DNA of 64,000 nt, taken from positions 9,761 to 73,760 of the forward strand of contig JAJDNE010000023.1 in assembly GCA_022340825.1 (NCBI GenBank), in the 5' to 3' direction. The position numbers and the translations under genes were made by a program. Every line of letters begins with the position of its first letter. Positions within the stretch are counted from its first letter, which is position 1. The notes under the pieces were generated by a model. It ran no database searches and was not told the origin of the DNA. It saw only the letters and a list, made by a program, of their open reading frames with translations. Source of the stretch: Acidiferrobacterales bacterium. GTDB lineage: Bacteria > Pseudomonadota > Gammaproteobacteria > Acidiferrobacterales > JAJDNE01. Positions 29,390-38,998 of the stretch are shown piece after piece.

Positions 29390-31627
29390 ATGGTGCAAAC
29401 AACAACCGTCTCGCCCCTGATGACCCTTTCTTCTGCCAAGCTCTCTCTTTTTCCGGTCGTGGCGCTGGTTTTTCTGGTTCAGATTTCCCCGGCGATCGCT
29501 GGCGTAGGGCTTGGCTGCCCGGTGCCAGCGACGACGCGTCAAAAGCTGGAAACCGAGCTGGAGAAGGCCGCGTTGGCAGATGCCGAAGTGTTACATGTCA
29601 GTGCCGACCGGATTGAATCACTCAAGGATGAAATCGTCATCCTGACCGGCAACGTTGTCATATTAAAGGGAGGACACCGCATCCAGACCGAACGCGCGGT
29701 ATATAAAAAGAAGGAAAATACGATCGAGGCGACCGGTGATGTGAAAATCGACTCGCTCGAGGCAGGGAGTTACTCGTCCAGTCACAGTTTCCTGAACCTG
29801 GATGACTATACCGGTTATGCCGAAATTGGTGGTTTCAGTCTCAGTGGCAGTCGCGGTCGCGGCAATGCCGAGCGCATCGTGTTTGTCTCCAAGAGCCGCC
29901 TGAAACTGCAGGTCGTGCGTTATACCACCTGTCGCCCGGACAACGAGGACTGGTATCTGAAGGCAAAGGAAATCGATATCGACCAGGACAGTGGCACAGG
30001 CACCGCCCGACACGCGAGCGTCAATCTGCTGGGCGTACCGATTTTCTATTCACCCTATTTAAGTTTTCCCCTGGGTGACAATCGCCGCAGTGGCTTCCTG
30101 CTACCCGACTTTGGCACCACCGACAAGATGGGGACTTACGTAACGATTCCCTATTACTGGAACATCGCACCCAACTATGACGCCACCCTCAAGCCGCGAT
30201 TCATGTCCAGCCGTGGCACACAACTGCAGACCCAGTTTCGCTATCTCGGCAACAAATATAACGGCGTTGCTGAAATTGAAGCCTTGCCCCATGACTCGAT
30301 AACCGGCACCAGTCGTACCGGGGCATCATATAAACACCAACATCAGTTCAGCCAGCACCTGAGTGGTTCGGCCAATCTCAACTGGGTATCAGACCAGGAT
30401 TACTTTGATGACTTTGCCACCCAATTGTCTACCAGCAGCCAGACACACTTGCCGCAATCGGTGAAACTCAAGTATCAGAATAAAGACTGGAGCCTGGGTG
30501 CCGAGATGTCCAACTTCCAGACGCTGGATAAATCCATCGCCCCGACGGACTACCCATACGCGCGCCTGCCACAGTTCACGCTGAACTGGCTACCCGACGA
30601 GCGCGATCGGGCATTGAGTTACCAGTTGCTCGGCAGCGCCACTGTGTTTCAGCACGAAACCAATGAAAGTGCGAATCGATTGCACCTGCAACCGACCATC
30701 AGCTATCCGATACGTAGCCAGGCCGGTTTCTTTCGACCGAAACTCTCGGCTTACTACAGCAGTTACCTCGACCGTACAGTGGGTTCTGATGGCTCCTTTG
30801 TCGCCGCCACTGGCAGTATTGATTCGGGGCTTGTTTTTGAGCGGCCGGTAACGGTAAAACAGCAGGCCATGAAGCAGACACTGGAGCCGCGCCTGTTTTA
30901 TGTCTATGCGCCTTTCGTGGATCAGAACTCGTTTCCGGTTTTCGATACCAGCATTCCGACGTTCAGTTTTAACTCGCTGTTCCAGGACAATCGCTTTATT
31001 GGTGCCGACCGTGTCGGTGACACCCACCAGCTAACGATGGCTGTGACCACGCGCCTGATCGACGATCAGTCCGGTGCGGAACGCCTGACTGCCAGCCTGG
31101 GTCAGACCTACTATTTCGCAGACCGCAAAGTATCGTCGGAATTACCCCCGCTGCCGGTTCAAACCGCCGGATCATCGGACATCGCCGGCGAAGTTACCGC
31201 GTGGCTCGGCAGTCACTGGTATCTGCGCAGCAGCCTGCTGTTCGATACGGAAAACAACGGTATACGCAAGAATAGCCAATTTCTGCAATATCAGCCGGCA
31301 AAGGACCGAATCTTGAATATCGGCTATCGCTTTGTAGACGGCGTCCAGGAGCTGGTGGATATTTCCGGTCAGTGGCCCATCACCAGCAAGTGGGCCGTTC
31401 TCGCCCGTAGTCAGTACTCGATTCGGGACCGGAAAAACCAGGACAGCTTTGCCGGGCTGCTCTACGAGACCTGCTGCTGGTCGTTCCGGACGCTGGCCGG
31501 CCAGCGCGTTGATCAGGATGGCCTCCAGGTCAACAGCTTTTCGTTTCAGCTGATCTTCAAGGGACTGGCGGGCTTCGAGACGGGTATCACCAGCGACATG
31601 CCGCTGGAGCAGACTGTATTTGACTGA
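29390..31627 (+). CDS. lptD: LPS-assembly outer membrane protein LptD
   Basis: About 745 aa with a signal peptide and a beta-barrel-like C-terminal region. lptD-surA-pdxA-rsmA synteny. The start is uncertain (29390 or 29420). Confidence 0.9.
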   Translation: MVQTTTVSPLMTLSSAKLSLFPVVALVFLVQISPAIAGVGLGCPVPATTRQKLETELEKAALADAEVLHVSADRIESLKDEIVILTGNVVILKGGHRIQTERAVYKKKENTIEATGDVKIDSLEAGSYSSSHSFLNLDDYTGYAEIGGFSLSGSRGRGNAERIVFVSKSRLKLQVVRYTTCRPDNEDWYLKAKEIDIDQDSGTGTARHASVNLLGVPIFYSPYLSFPLGDNRRSGFLLPDFGTTDKMGTYVTIPYYWNIAPNYDATLKPRFMSSRGTQLQTQFRYLGNKYNGVAEIEALPHDSITGTSRTGASYKHQHQFSQHLSGSANLNWVSDQDYFDDFATQLSTSSQTHLPQSVKLKYQNKDWSLGAEMSNFQTLDKSIAPTDYPYARLPQFTLNWLPDERDRALSYQLLGSATVFQHETNESANRLHLQPTISYPIRSQAGFFRPKLSAYYSSYLDRTVGSDGSFVAATGSIDSGLVFERPVTVKQQAMKQTLEPRLFYVYAPFVDQNSFPVFDTSIPTFSFNSLFQDNRFIGADRVGDTHQLTMAVTTRLIDDQSGAERLTASLGQTYYFADRKVSSELPPLPVQTAGSSDIAGEVTAWLGSHWYLRSSLLFDTENNGIRKNSQFLQYQPAKDRILNIGYRFVDGVQELVDISGQWPITSKWAVLARSQYSIRDRKNQDSFAGLLYETCCWSFRTLAGQRVDQDGLQVNSFSFQLIFKGLAGFETGITSDMPLEQTVFD

Positions 31628-31700
31628 GCCACCGGGTTGGCACGAGACCCGGTTGATCATGATATGATTCGCGGCCAGTAGATCGCCGCCACACAACACC

Positions 31701-33020
31701 ATGTCACAATCTGTTCCATTCCTTACTCGCTGCTTACTGATCATCGGCCTCGGTGTCACACCGGCAACGACCCTTGCGGCCAGCAAGCCAGTACCGGTGA
31801 TACCGCTGGACCGCATCATGGTCGTGGTCGAAAACTCGGTGATTATGCAATCCGAGGTCGAGGCGCGCATGCGCGCGGCGCGACGCAATCTTGCCCAGCG
31901 AAACATCGCGTTGCCACCCAATGAGATACTTGAGCGCCAGGTCATTGAGTCCATGGTCCTGGAACAACTACAAGTAGACACGGCAAAACGTCGCGGTATT
32001 CAGGTTAGCGAAGCCGAGGTAAGTCAGGCGCTGGAAAGTGTTGCGCGCCAGAATGGTATGAGTCTGTCGGCATTTCTTAACAAGGTTAAGAAAGAAGGCA
32101 TGAGCCAGAACCAGTTGCGTGAGGACATTCGCCGGCAAATGTTGATTCGCCAGCTTGTCGATCGCGAGATCAATCGCGACATTCAGGTATCGGAAAGCGA
32201 AGTGGACAATTTCCTTAGCGAACAGGGTCAGCGGGGAGCGGATCAGGATTTCAACCTGTCGCACATCCTCATTGCCGTTGGTGAATCGGCGTCCGGCGCG
32301 GAGCGCACGCGGGCGCAGGAGCTAGCCAACCAGATACGTGAAAAAGTGCTGGCCGGCGAATCATTCGAAAAGATGGCCATTACCTATTCCAAGGGACCCA
32401 ATGCCCTGCAAGGTGGTGGCCTCGGTTGGCGCGAGGCTGGCCGACTGCCGGAAGTGTTTGTCAAGGCGCTGGAATCAATCCGTCCGGGCGAGATTACACC
32501 GGTGCTGGAAAGCGCCAACGGCTATCACCTGCTGCGCCTGAACGCCAAACGCGGCGGCAAGACAAGCGGCGTAGTGACGCAAACTAACGTGCGCCATATT
32601 CTGTTGAAACCGAGCGAGGTCCAGACCATCGAAAGTGCCACTGCAAAATTGAACCGCTTGCGGGAACGCGCGCTGGCCGGCGAAAAATTTGATGCCCTTG
32701 CGCGCGCCAACTCAGAGGATGCGGGCAGTGCATCACAGGGCGGCAGTCTCGGCTGGATGAGCCCGGGGCAACTGGTCCCGGAGTTCGAGAAGGCCATGGA
32801 TCAGCTGAAGCCAGGTGAAATCAGCAAACCGGTCCAGACCCGCTTTGGTGTCCACCTGATCCAGGTGGTGGGTCGACGCACCCAGGATCTCGGTGACCAG
32901 ACTCAACGACTGGCCGCCAAGCAACAAATTCACCAGCGCAAGGCTGAGGAGCGGTTGCAGCAGTGGCAACGCGAACTGCGTGACCAGGCGTATGTTGAAA
33001 TCATTCCAGAAGGCAGCTAA
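31701..33020 (+). CDS. surA: Periplasmic chaperone/PPIase SurA
   Basis: Signal peptide, two parvulin domains (GGSLGWMSPGQLVPEFEKAM) and conserved synteny. Confidence 0.9.
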   Translation: MSQSVPFLTRCLLIIGLGVTPATTLAASKPVPVIPLDRIMVVVENSVIMQSEVEARMRAARRNLAQRNIALPPNEILERQVIESMVLEQLQVDTAKRRGIQVSEAEVSQALESVARQNGMSLSAFLNKVKKEGMSQNQLREDIRRQMLIRQLVDREINRDIQVSESEVDNFLSEQGQRGADQDFNLSHILIAVGESASGAERTRAQELANQIREKVLAGESFEKMAITYSKGPNALQGGGLGWREAGRLPEVFVKALESIRPGEITPVLESANGYHLLRLNAKRGGKTSGVVTQTNVRHILLKPSEVQTIESATAKLNRLRERALAGEKFDALARANSEDAGSASQGGSLGWMSPGQLVPEFEKAMDQLKPGEISKPVQTRFGVHLIQVVGRRTQDLGDQTQRLAAKQQIHQRKAEERLQQWQRELRDQAYVEIIPEGS

Positions 33021-33064
33021 GCCAGTCACACCGGCCCTGCGCGGAAAAGACCTGTCCGCCTGAG

Positions 33065-34039
33065 ATGAACAAATCCAAACCTGTCATTGCACTGACACCG
33101 GGCGAACCCGCCGGCATAGGACCAGACCTGGTAATCAGACTGTCGCAGCATGCATCGTCTGCGGATCGGCGCATCGTCGTTATCGCAGATCACCAGCTGT
33201 TGCTCGACCGTGCAACACAACTGGGTCAATCCATCGACTTACCTGAGTGGCACACCGATACCGAGGCACCAGTCAGCCTGCTGTCCATCCCCACCGAGGT
33301 GGTGGTCAGACCGGGTCACCTCGATACACGCAACAGCGCATACGTATTGCAGACACTGGAACGTGCCGTTGACGGCTGTCTTTCGGGAGAATTTGATGCG
33401 CTGGTTACCGGGCCGGTACACAAGGGCATCATCAACGAAAGTGGCATCCACTTCAGCGGCCATACCGAATTTCTGGCTCAACGGTGTGGCACCGAGCAGG
33501 TCGTCATGATGCTGGTCGCCGGTAGCTTGAGGGTCGCCCTGGTGACAACACATATCCCGTTGAGTCGGGTCAGCGATACCGTCACCCAACCCCTGCTGGA
33601 GCAGGTGATCCGCATCCTGAACCAGGATCTGGTCCGGCGTTTTAGTATCACCCAACCGAGGATCCTGGTGTGCGGCCTCAATCCCCACGCCGGCGAATCC
33701 GGTTACCTCGGGCACGAGGAAATCGATACCATCGCCCCGGTGATCGACCGCCTGGAAGGCGAAGGCCTGCGTGTGCGTGGCCCGTTACCAGCCGACACTG
33801 CATTTACACCGCGACTACTGGCCGAAGCCGACGTGGTGTTGACGATGTACCATGACCAGGGCCTGCCGGTGTTAAAACACGCGGGCTTCGGCCAGGCCGT
33901 CAATATCACCCTCGGTTTGCCCATTGTTCGTACGTCCGTGGACCACGGCACTGCGCTTGAGCGAGCCGGCACCGGCGATATCGACAGCGGTAGCCTGCTC
34001 GCTGCTATCGACATGGCCGAATGCATGGTTCGGGCATGA
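33065..34039 (+). CDS. pdxA: 4-hydroxythreonine-4-phosphate dehydrogenase
   Basis: 324 aa. PdxA motifs (ITPGEPAGIGPDL-like N-terminus, HTEFLA, NPHAGE, TSVDHGTA). Confidence 0.9.
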   Translation: MNKSKPVIALTPGEPAGIGPDLVIRLSQHASSADRRIVVIADHQLLLDRATQLGQSIDLPEWHTDTEAPVSLLSIPTEVVVRPGHLDTRNSAYVLQTLERAVDGCLSGEFDALVTGPVHKGIINESGIHFSGHTEFLAQRCGTEQVVMMLVAGSLRVALVTTHIPLSRVSDTVTQPLLEQVIRILNQDLVRRFSITQPRILVCGLNPHAGESGYLGHEEIDTIAPVIDRLEGEGLRVRGPLPADTAFTPRLLAEADVVLTMYHDQGLPVLKHAGFGQAVNITLGLPIVRTSVDHGTALERAGTGDIDSGSLLAAIDMAECMVRA

Positions 34040-34812
34040 GTGCTCCACGCCCGAAGAAGCGCTTCGGTCAGCATTTTCTTCACGACCGCGCGGTAGTCGC
34101 CCGCATCGTCAGCGCCTTTCGACCGCAATCCACTGATCACGTCGCTGAAATCGGTCCTGGACCGGGCGTACTCACGCGGGAACTCGCGCACCGTGTCGGT
34201 CGATTTGATGCGGTGGAGATCGATCGCGACCTGGCAGCAGCGCTGACCACCGAATTTGCAGCACAGTCATCAGTGACCATTCACGAAGTCGATGCCCTGG
34301 CATTTGATTTTTGCAGCCTGACCGAAGCCGACGAGACACTGCGCCTGATCGGCAACCTGCCCTACAACATCTCGACGCCACTCCTGTTCCACTTGTTTGC
34401 GCAACACCGATGTATTCACGACATGTTGTTCATGTTGCAGAAGGAAGTGGTCGACCGCCTGTGTGCGGTACCCGGCAACAAGGACTACGGGCGCCTTTCA
34501 GTCATGGCTCAGTGGCAATGCCGGATTGAACGTTGCTTTAACGTCGGGCCGGGCGCCTTCACCCCACCGCCCAAGGTGGACTCCGCAGTGGTTCGACTGG
34601 TCCCGATCGATAAACCGATCTCGGTAACTGATACTGACCATTTTGCACACGTGGTTAAGGCCGCCTTTGCACAGCGTAGAAAGACCCTGCGCAACTCGTT
34701 GAGAGAGATCATGGACGCCGACGCAATTCGTGCTGCAGGCGTTGATCCGGTTCGTCGCCCGGAGACACTCACGGTCGCGGAATTCGCTGCGCTGGCCAAT
34801 GCCAGTGGTTAA
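34036..34812 (+). CDS. rsmA: 16S rRNA (adenine1518/1519-N6)-dimethyltransferase
   Basis: N-terminus PKKRFGQHFLHD, SAM motif EIGPGPGVLT, and NLPYNISTP. The ATG overlaps the pdxA stop (ATGA). Confidence 0.9.
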   Translation: MSAPRPKKRFGQHFLHDRAVVARIVSAFRPQSTDHVAEIGPGPGVLTRELAHRVGRFDAVEIDRDLAAALTTEFAAQSSVTIHEVDALAFDFCSLTEADETLRLIGNLPYNISTPLLFHLFAQHRCIHDMLFMLQKEVVDRLCAVPGNKDYGRLSVMAQWQCRIERCFNVGPGAFTPPPKVDSAVVRLVPIDKPISVTDTDHFAHVVKAAFAQRRKTLRNSLREIMDADAIRAAGVDPVRRPETLTVAEFAALANASG

Positions 34813-34863
34813 GGCAAGCCTGCGCTTTCCACGAACGATGGTTCTCGGTACATTGCCGACACG

Positions 34864-35265
34864 ATGGATCCATTTCTGACAACGGTTGCGGTAATCATTT
34901 TGCTGGCGCTGGCGCTGCGATTTGGCATGAGCATGCGGGTGAGGCGTAGTGTCGGCAAACCGGCGCCCGATGTCAGCGAGCTCAGCGGTCGCCCACTGGA
35001 TCCACATGAGAGCACAATGTTTTATTTCTATGGGCCACATTGCGGCGCATGCAAACCGATGACACCAGTGGTTAAGGCCATGGGTGAACAACGTGATAAT
35101 GTATTCGCTGTGGATATCAGTGAACACCCGAAACTGGCACGCGAATTTGGCCTGATTGCTACTCCGACTGTGTTGTTGGTCAGGAATGGACGTATCAGCC
35201 AGGCACACGTCGGCACGCTGTCTCAGGCAAAACTGGAGCAAATGCTGTCGAACGACCGCGCCTAG
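34864..35265 (+). CDS. Membrane-anchored thioredoxin-family protein
   Basis: N-terminal TM helix followed by a thioredoxin fold with a CGAC active site (FYGPHCGACKPM). Confidence 0.75.
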   Translation: MDPFLTTVAVIILLALALRFGMSMRVRRSVGKPAPDVSELSGRPLDPHESTMFYFYGPHCGACKPMTPVVKAMGEQRDNVFAVDISEHPKLAREFGLIATPTVLLVRNGRISQAHVGTLSQAKLEQMLSNDRA

Positions 35266-35275
35266 GCGTCTGCCC

Positions 35276-37204
35276 ATGACCAGAACTGTCGCTCCCTTTG
35301 GAAGCTGGGCATCGCCGATTAACGCCAGCCTGATTGCCGGTGAAACCACCGGCCTTGATCAACCCCGCCTCGACGCTGACATCATCTACTCGATTGAAAA
35401 ACGCCCAACCGAGAACGGCAGGCAGGTTATCGTCATGCATTCGCCGTCGCGACAGATCAGCGACGTCATCGCGCCGCCCTTCAGTGCGCGCTCACGCGTA
35501 CATGAATATGGCGGTGGCGTTTACAGCGTCAACGAAGGTGAGGTGTACTTTGTTAATGACAGCGACCAGGGAATTTACCGTACACGGCCCGGCGCAACGC
35601 CGACGTGCGTTTACTCGGCGTCCGGGTTGCGCTTTGCTGATCTCTGTCTCGATAGACAACGCAATCGCCTGATTTGTGTCTGCGAGGATCACCGCGGCCA
35701 AGGTGAACCGGAAAATCGGCTGGTGACAATTGGCCTGGATGATCAGAAGATTTCCACACTTCATCAAGGCTTCGATTTCTACGCGTCGCCGACACTGAGT
35801 CCAGATGGCACGCACCTGGCCTGGCTTGCCTGGCACCATCCGGACATGCCCTGGGACAGCACTGATTTGCTACTTGCACGATTGGCACCGAATGGCGCGG
35901 CCGAGCCCACGCAAACCATCGCCGGTGGCGACAGTGAATCTGTGTTTCAACCACGCTGGTCGCCAGATGGGCGTCTCTATTTTGTCTCCGACCATAGCGG
36001 TTGGTGGAACCTTTATCGCTACGACAACGATAATGTCGAACTGCTGTGCGAGTTTGAAGCCGAATTTGCTCAGCCCCAGTGGGTATTTGGCATGTCGACA
36101 TATGCGTTTCAGTCTGCTGACCAGATTATCTGTGCCTACTGTCAACAGGGCGCGTGGTCACTGGCCACCGTGTGCTGCAACACCGGTGAACTTCAGCGCA
36201 TTGATACACCATACACAGATATTAGCGGGGTACAGGCCAGCAACTCGCGCGCGGTATTCCTGGGCGGTTCGCCAACACGCGCACTGGAACTCGTCGAGAT
36301 CAGCCTGCCAGGGCGCGTCACGCAAGCGATCAAGCAATCGAACACGGTCAACATCGACCCGGAAAATCTGTCCGTTGCCGAGACTGTCTGCTATCCAACA
36401 AGCAATAGCGCGGTGGCATACGGTTTTTACTATGCACCGGTCAACAAATCGTTTACCGGGCCTGAACACCTGAAGCCGCCGCTGATCGTCGTCAGCCACG
36501 GTGGCCCTACCGCTGCTACCAGCAGCACCCTGAATTTCAAGATTCAGTACTGGACCAGTCGCGGCTTTGCCGTACTCGATGTCAACTATCGCGGCAGCAC
36601 CGGCTATGGTCGCGCCTATCGTGAGCAGCTTATCGGTAACTGGGGTGTTGCTGATGTTGCCGACTGCGAGGCTGGCGTACGCTACCTGGCCGAGCGCGGT
36701 GACATTGATCCGGAACGGGCGATCATTCGTGGCAGCAGCGCGGGCGGCTATACCACCCTGTGTGCCCTTGCCTTTGGTCATACATTCAAGGCCGGCGCCT
36801 CACTGTATGGAATTGGTGACCTCGAGACCCTGGTCCGAGATACCCATAAATTCGAAGCACGCTATCTGGATCGACTGGTGGGTCCGTACCCCGAAAAACA
36901 ATCGCTGTACCAACAGCGCTCCCCGATACATGCCGCCGACCAGCTTTCCTGTCCGGTGATTTTCCTGCAGGGACTCGAAGACAAAGTCGTGCCGCCGTCG
37001 CAGGCTGAGGCCATGGTCGAGGCGTTGCGAAAAAATGGTATTGCGGTAGCCTATGTCACGTTTGAGGGCGAGCAACACGGATTTCGTCGTGCGGCATCGA
37101 TTGAGCGCGCGCTTGAAGCAGAACTGTATTTTTACGGAAAAATATTCGGCTTTGAGCCCGCCGATGAGCTTGCACCGATCACTATCGACAATATCGACCG
37201 GTAA
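35276..37204 (+). CDS. S9 family serine peptidase (prolyl oligopeptidase/dipeptidyl aminopeptidase-like)
   Basis: N-terminal beta-propeller-like region. C-terminal alpha/beta hydrolase with the nucleophile motif GSSAGGY. Start taken at the internal ATG (MTRTVAPFGSW). Confidence 0.8.
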   Translation: MTRTVAPFGSWASPINASLIAGETTGLDQPRLDADIIYSIEKRPTENGRQVIVMHSPSRQISDVIAPPFSARSRVHEYGGGVYSVNEGEVYFVNDSDQGIYRTRPGATPTCVYSASGLRFADLCLDRQRNRLICVCEDHRGQGEPENRLVTIGLDDQKISTLHQGFDFYASPTLSPDGTHLAWLAWHHPDMPWDSTDLLLARLAPNGAAEPTQTIAGGDSESVFQPRWSPDGRLYFVSDHSGWWNLYRYDNDNVELLCEFEAEFAQPQWVFGMSTYAFQSADQIICAYCQQGAWSLATVCCNTGELQRIDTPYTDISGVQASNSRAVFLGGSPTRALELVEISLPGRVTQAIKQSNTVNIDPENLSVAETVCYPTSNSAVAYGFYYAPVNKSFTGPEHLKPPLIVVSHGGPTAATSSTLNFKIQYWTSRGFAVLDVNYRGSTGYGRAYREQLIGNWGVADVADCEAGVRYLAERGDIDPERAIIRGSSAGGYTTLCALAFGHTFKAGASLYGIGDLETLVRDTHKFEARYLDRLVGPYPEKQSLYQQRSPIHAADQLSCPVIFLQGLEDKVVPPSQAEAMVEALRKNGIAVAYVTFEGEQHGFRRAASIERALEAELYFYGKIFGFEPADELAPITIDNIDR

Positions 37205-37237
37205 TTCAGCCTTGTCAGGCTAGCAGTGGCAGAACGA

Positions 37238-37996
37238 CTATTTCGACTTGCCCGGGTGACGCTTGGTAATCAGCTCGGCCATCTCGGTGCGGCTTTCGAG
37301 TTCCATCATTTTTGTTTCAATCCAGTCCTGTGCCTTGTCGCGAACTTCTTCGGCGCTGAGTCCCGTTGGATCAATCACCGGACCAATGGCAACGCGAATG
37401 GTGCCACGGTATAGCTTCGCACTGCGCCGTGGCCAGAAGGTACCGGCATTGTGGGCTACCGGTAATACCGGGTAACCGGTCTCGGCGGCGAGCACCGCCC
37501 CACCCAGACCATATTTACGACGCTTACCCCTGGGCACACGCGTGCCTTCGGGAAAAATCACTACCCACTTGCCACTTTCGAGTCGCGCACGGCCCTGCTC
37601 GATAATCTGCTCTACCGCCCGGTGCCCAGCGGCACGATTGATGGCAATTGGCTCCATCAACGCCAGGCCCCAACCAAAAAACGGCAGGCGCAACAGCTCC
37701 CTTTTTAACACCCACACCTGCGGCGGAAAGATCTGTTGAAATGCGTAGGTTTCCCACGTCGACTGGTGCTTGCCCATGACGATGGTCGGTGTGGTCGGGA
37801 TATTCTCCCTGCCTTCCACTTCATAGCGCATGCCGCACAACACCCTGCCTAACCAGATCATGAAGGTGGCCCATTGCGTTGCCACGCCATAGCGAACCCG
37901 ATAAGGGAAGGGGAACGTTAACAGGACGATGGGCACGTAGAGAATGAGAGAAATCACCGTCACAGCGTGATAGATCAGGGATGCGATTAATTGCAC
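37238..37996 (-). CDS. plsC: 1-acyl-sn-glycerol-3-phosphate acyltransferase
   Basis: Acyltransferase block I KHQSTWET and block III FPEGTR. N-terminal TM helix. Confidence 0.85.
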   Translation of the reverse strand: MQLIASLIYHAVTVISLILYVPIVLLTFPFPYRVRYGVATQWATFMIWLGRVLCGMRYEVEGRENIPTTPTIVMGKHQSTWETYAFQQIFPPQVWVLKRELLRLPFFGWGLALMEPIAINRAAGHRAVEQIIEQGRARLESGKWVVIFPEGTRVPRGKRRKYGLGGAVLAAETGYPVLPVAHNAGTFWPRRSAKLYRGTIRVAIGPVIDPTGLSAEEVRDKAQDWIETKMMELESRTEMAELITKRHPGKSK

Positions 37997-37998
37997 GG

Positions 37999-38553
37999 CT
38001 ATACCTTTATTTTTTCTGACAGCAGGCTGTCGGTAAAAGCCGCGAGGTCATCGAATACCGGCACACCCTCGAGAAACTCCGGCTCGGGCTTGGCTAATGT
38101 ACGATCACCCTTGCCGGTACGCACCAGAATCGGTATCGCGCCGCCGGCACGTGCCGCCTCGATGTCGCGCTTGGAATCACCCACCGCGTAAACCCCGGCA
38201 AGGTTGGTATTCAGACGCTTCGCTATTTCCTGGTATAACCCCGGCTTCGGCTTGCGACATTTGCAGCCATCGTCCGGCCCATGCGGGCAGAAAAAGATAC
38301 CATCGATTTCCCCGCCATGATCGCGCACGGCATCGATCATCTTGTTATGGATGCGGTTCAATACATCCATATCGAAGTGGCCTCGGGCAACGCCGGACTG
38401 GTTGGTCGCTACCACTACCTTGTAACCGGCACGATTCAAACGTGCGATCGCCTCGATACTCCCGGGAATCGGAATCCACTCCTGTGGCGACTTGATAAAG
38501 TCGTCAGAGTCGTAATTGATGGTGCCGTCGCGGTCGAGGATAATGAGGTTCAT
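37999..38553 (-). CDS. gmhB: D-glycero-beta-D-manno-heptose-1,7-bisphosphate 7-phosphatase
   Basis: HAD motif I LDRDGTIN and the Zn-binding CPHxxxxxCxCRKP segment (FCPHGPDDGCKCRKPKPG). Confidence 0.85.
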   Translation of the reverse strand: MNLIILDRDGTINYDSDDFIKSPQEWIPIPGSIEAIARLNRAGYKVVVATNQSGVARGHFDMDVLNRIHNKMIDAVRDHGGEIDGIFFCPHGPDDGCKCRKPKPGLYQEIAKRLNTNLAGVYAVGDSKRDIEAARAGGAIPILVRTGKGDRTLAKPEPEFLEGVPVFDDLAAFTDSLLSEKIKV

Positions 38554-38654
38554 TGGGGGATTATACCGCTTATTTTGGTCACCAGCGGCGGGTGATGCTG
38601 TTTGCCGGAGGGTGCCCGAAACACAAGATTTTTATTCGCCGAATGCGAACCAGG

Positions 38655-38996
38655 TCAATCACGAAACTCCGACACCCTGATTCGACCATTGATCATCTTG
38701 CTCTTGCGTGACTGGATTTTTTCCATTTTCTCCCAGAAAGCTTCTTTCAGATCAAAATCGGCGGCAATCGCGGTGCCAATCAATAGTATGAACAGATCGG
38801 CTGTCTCCTCGGCCAGGTCTTCCACCGGCTTACCCTTGGTCACGGCCTCGGCAATCTCACCGAGCTCCTCGGCCATCAGGGCGATACGATACGTCAGGTC
38901 TTCACCGCCAGTACCCTTGAAATCATGCTTTGTGTGAAACGCCTGTACTTCGGCAAGCATCTCGGCATAGGAGTCCTGGTTCCGGGATTCGCTCAT
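38655..38996 (-). CDS. MazG-like nucleotide pyrophosphohydrolase (small all-alpha NTP-PPase)
   Basis: 113 aa. EExxE-type metal-binding helices (MAEELGEIAEA and EETADLFILL). Confidence 0.7.
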   Translation of the reverse strand: MSESRNQDSYAEMLAEVQAFHTKHDFKGTGGEDLTYRIALMAEELGEIAEAVTKGKPVEDLAEETADLFILLIGTAIAADFDLKEAFWEKMEKIQSRKSKMINGRIRVSEFRD

Positions 38997-38998
38997 TA

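Noticed and set aside
31172-31981. 269-aa minus-strand ORF across the lptD-surA junction.
   Set aside because: It is antisense to two conserved genes, with no motif or SD support.
35156-35275. N-terminal extension of the S9 peptidase ORF. Similar upstream extensions occur for the ORFs at 13367, 20521, 48551, 58479, 29439 and 63070.
   Set aside because: The extensions overlap upstream genes or lack homology to the family N-termini. Internal ATGs with better context were chosen instead.
34498-35349. 283-aa minus-strand ORF spanning the rsmA 3' end, the thioredoxin gene and the S9 peptidase start.
   Set aside because: It crosses three well-supported plus-strand genes and an intergenic gap, and it has no motifs.
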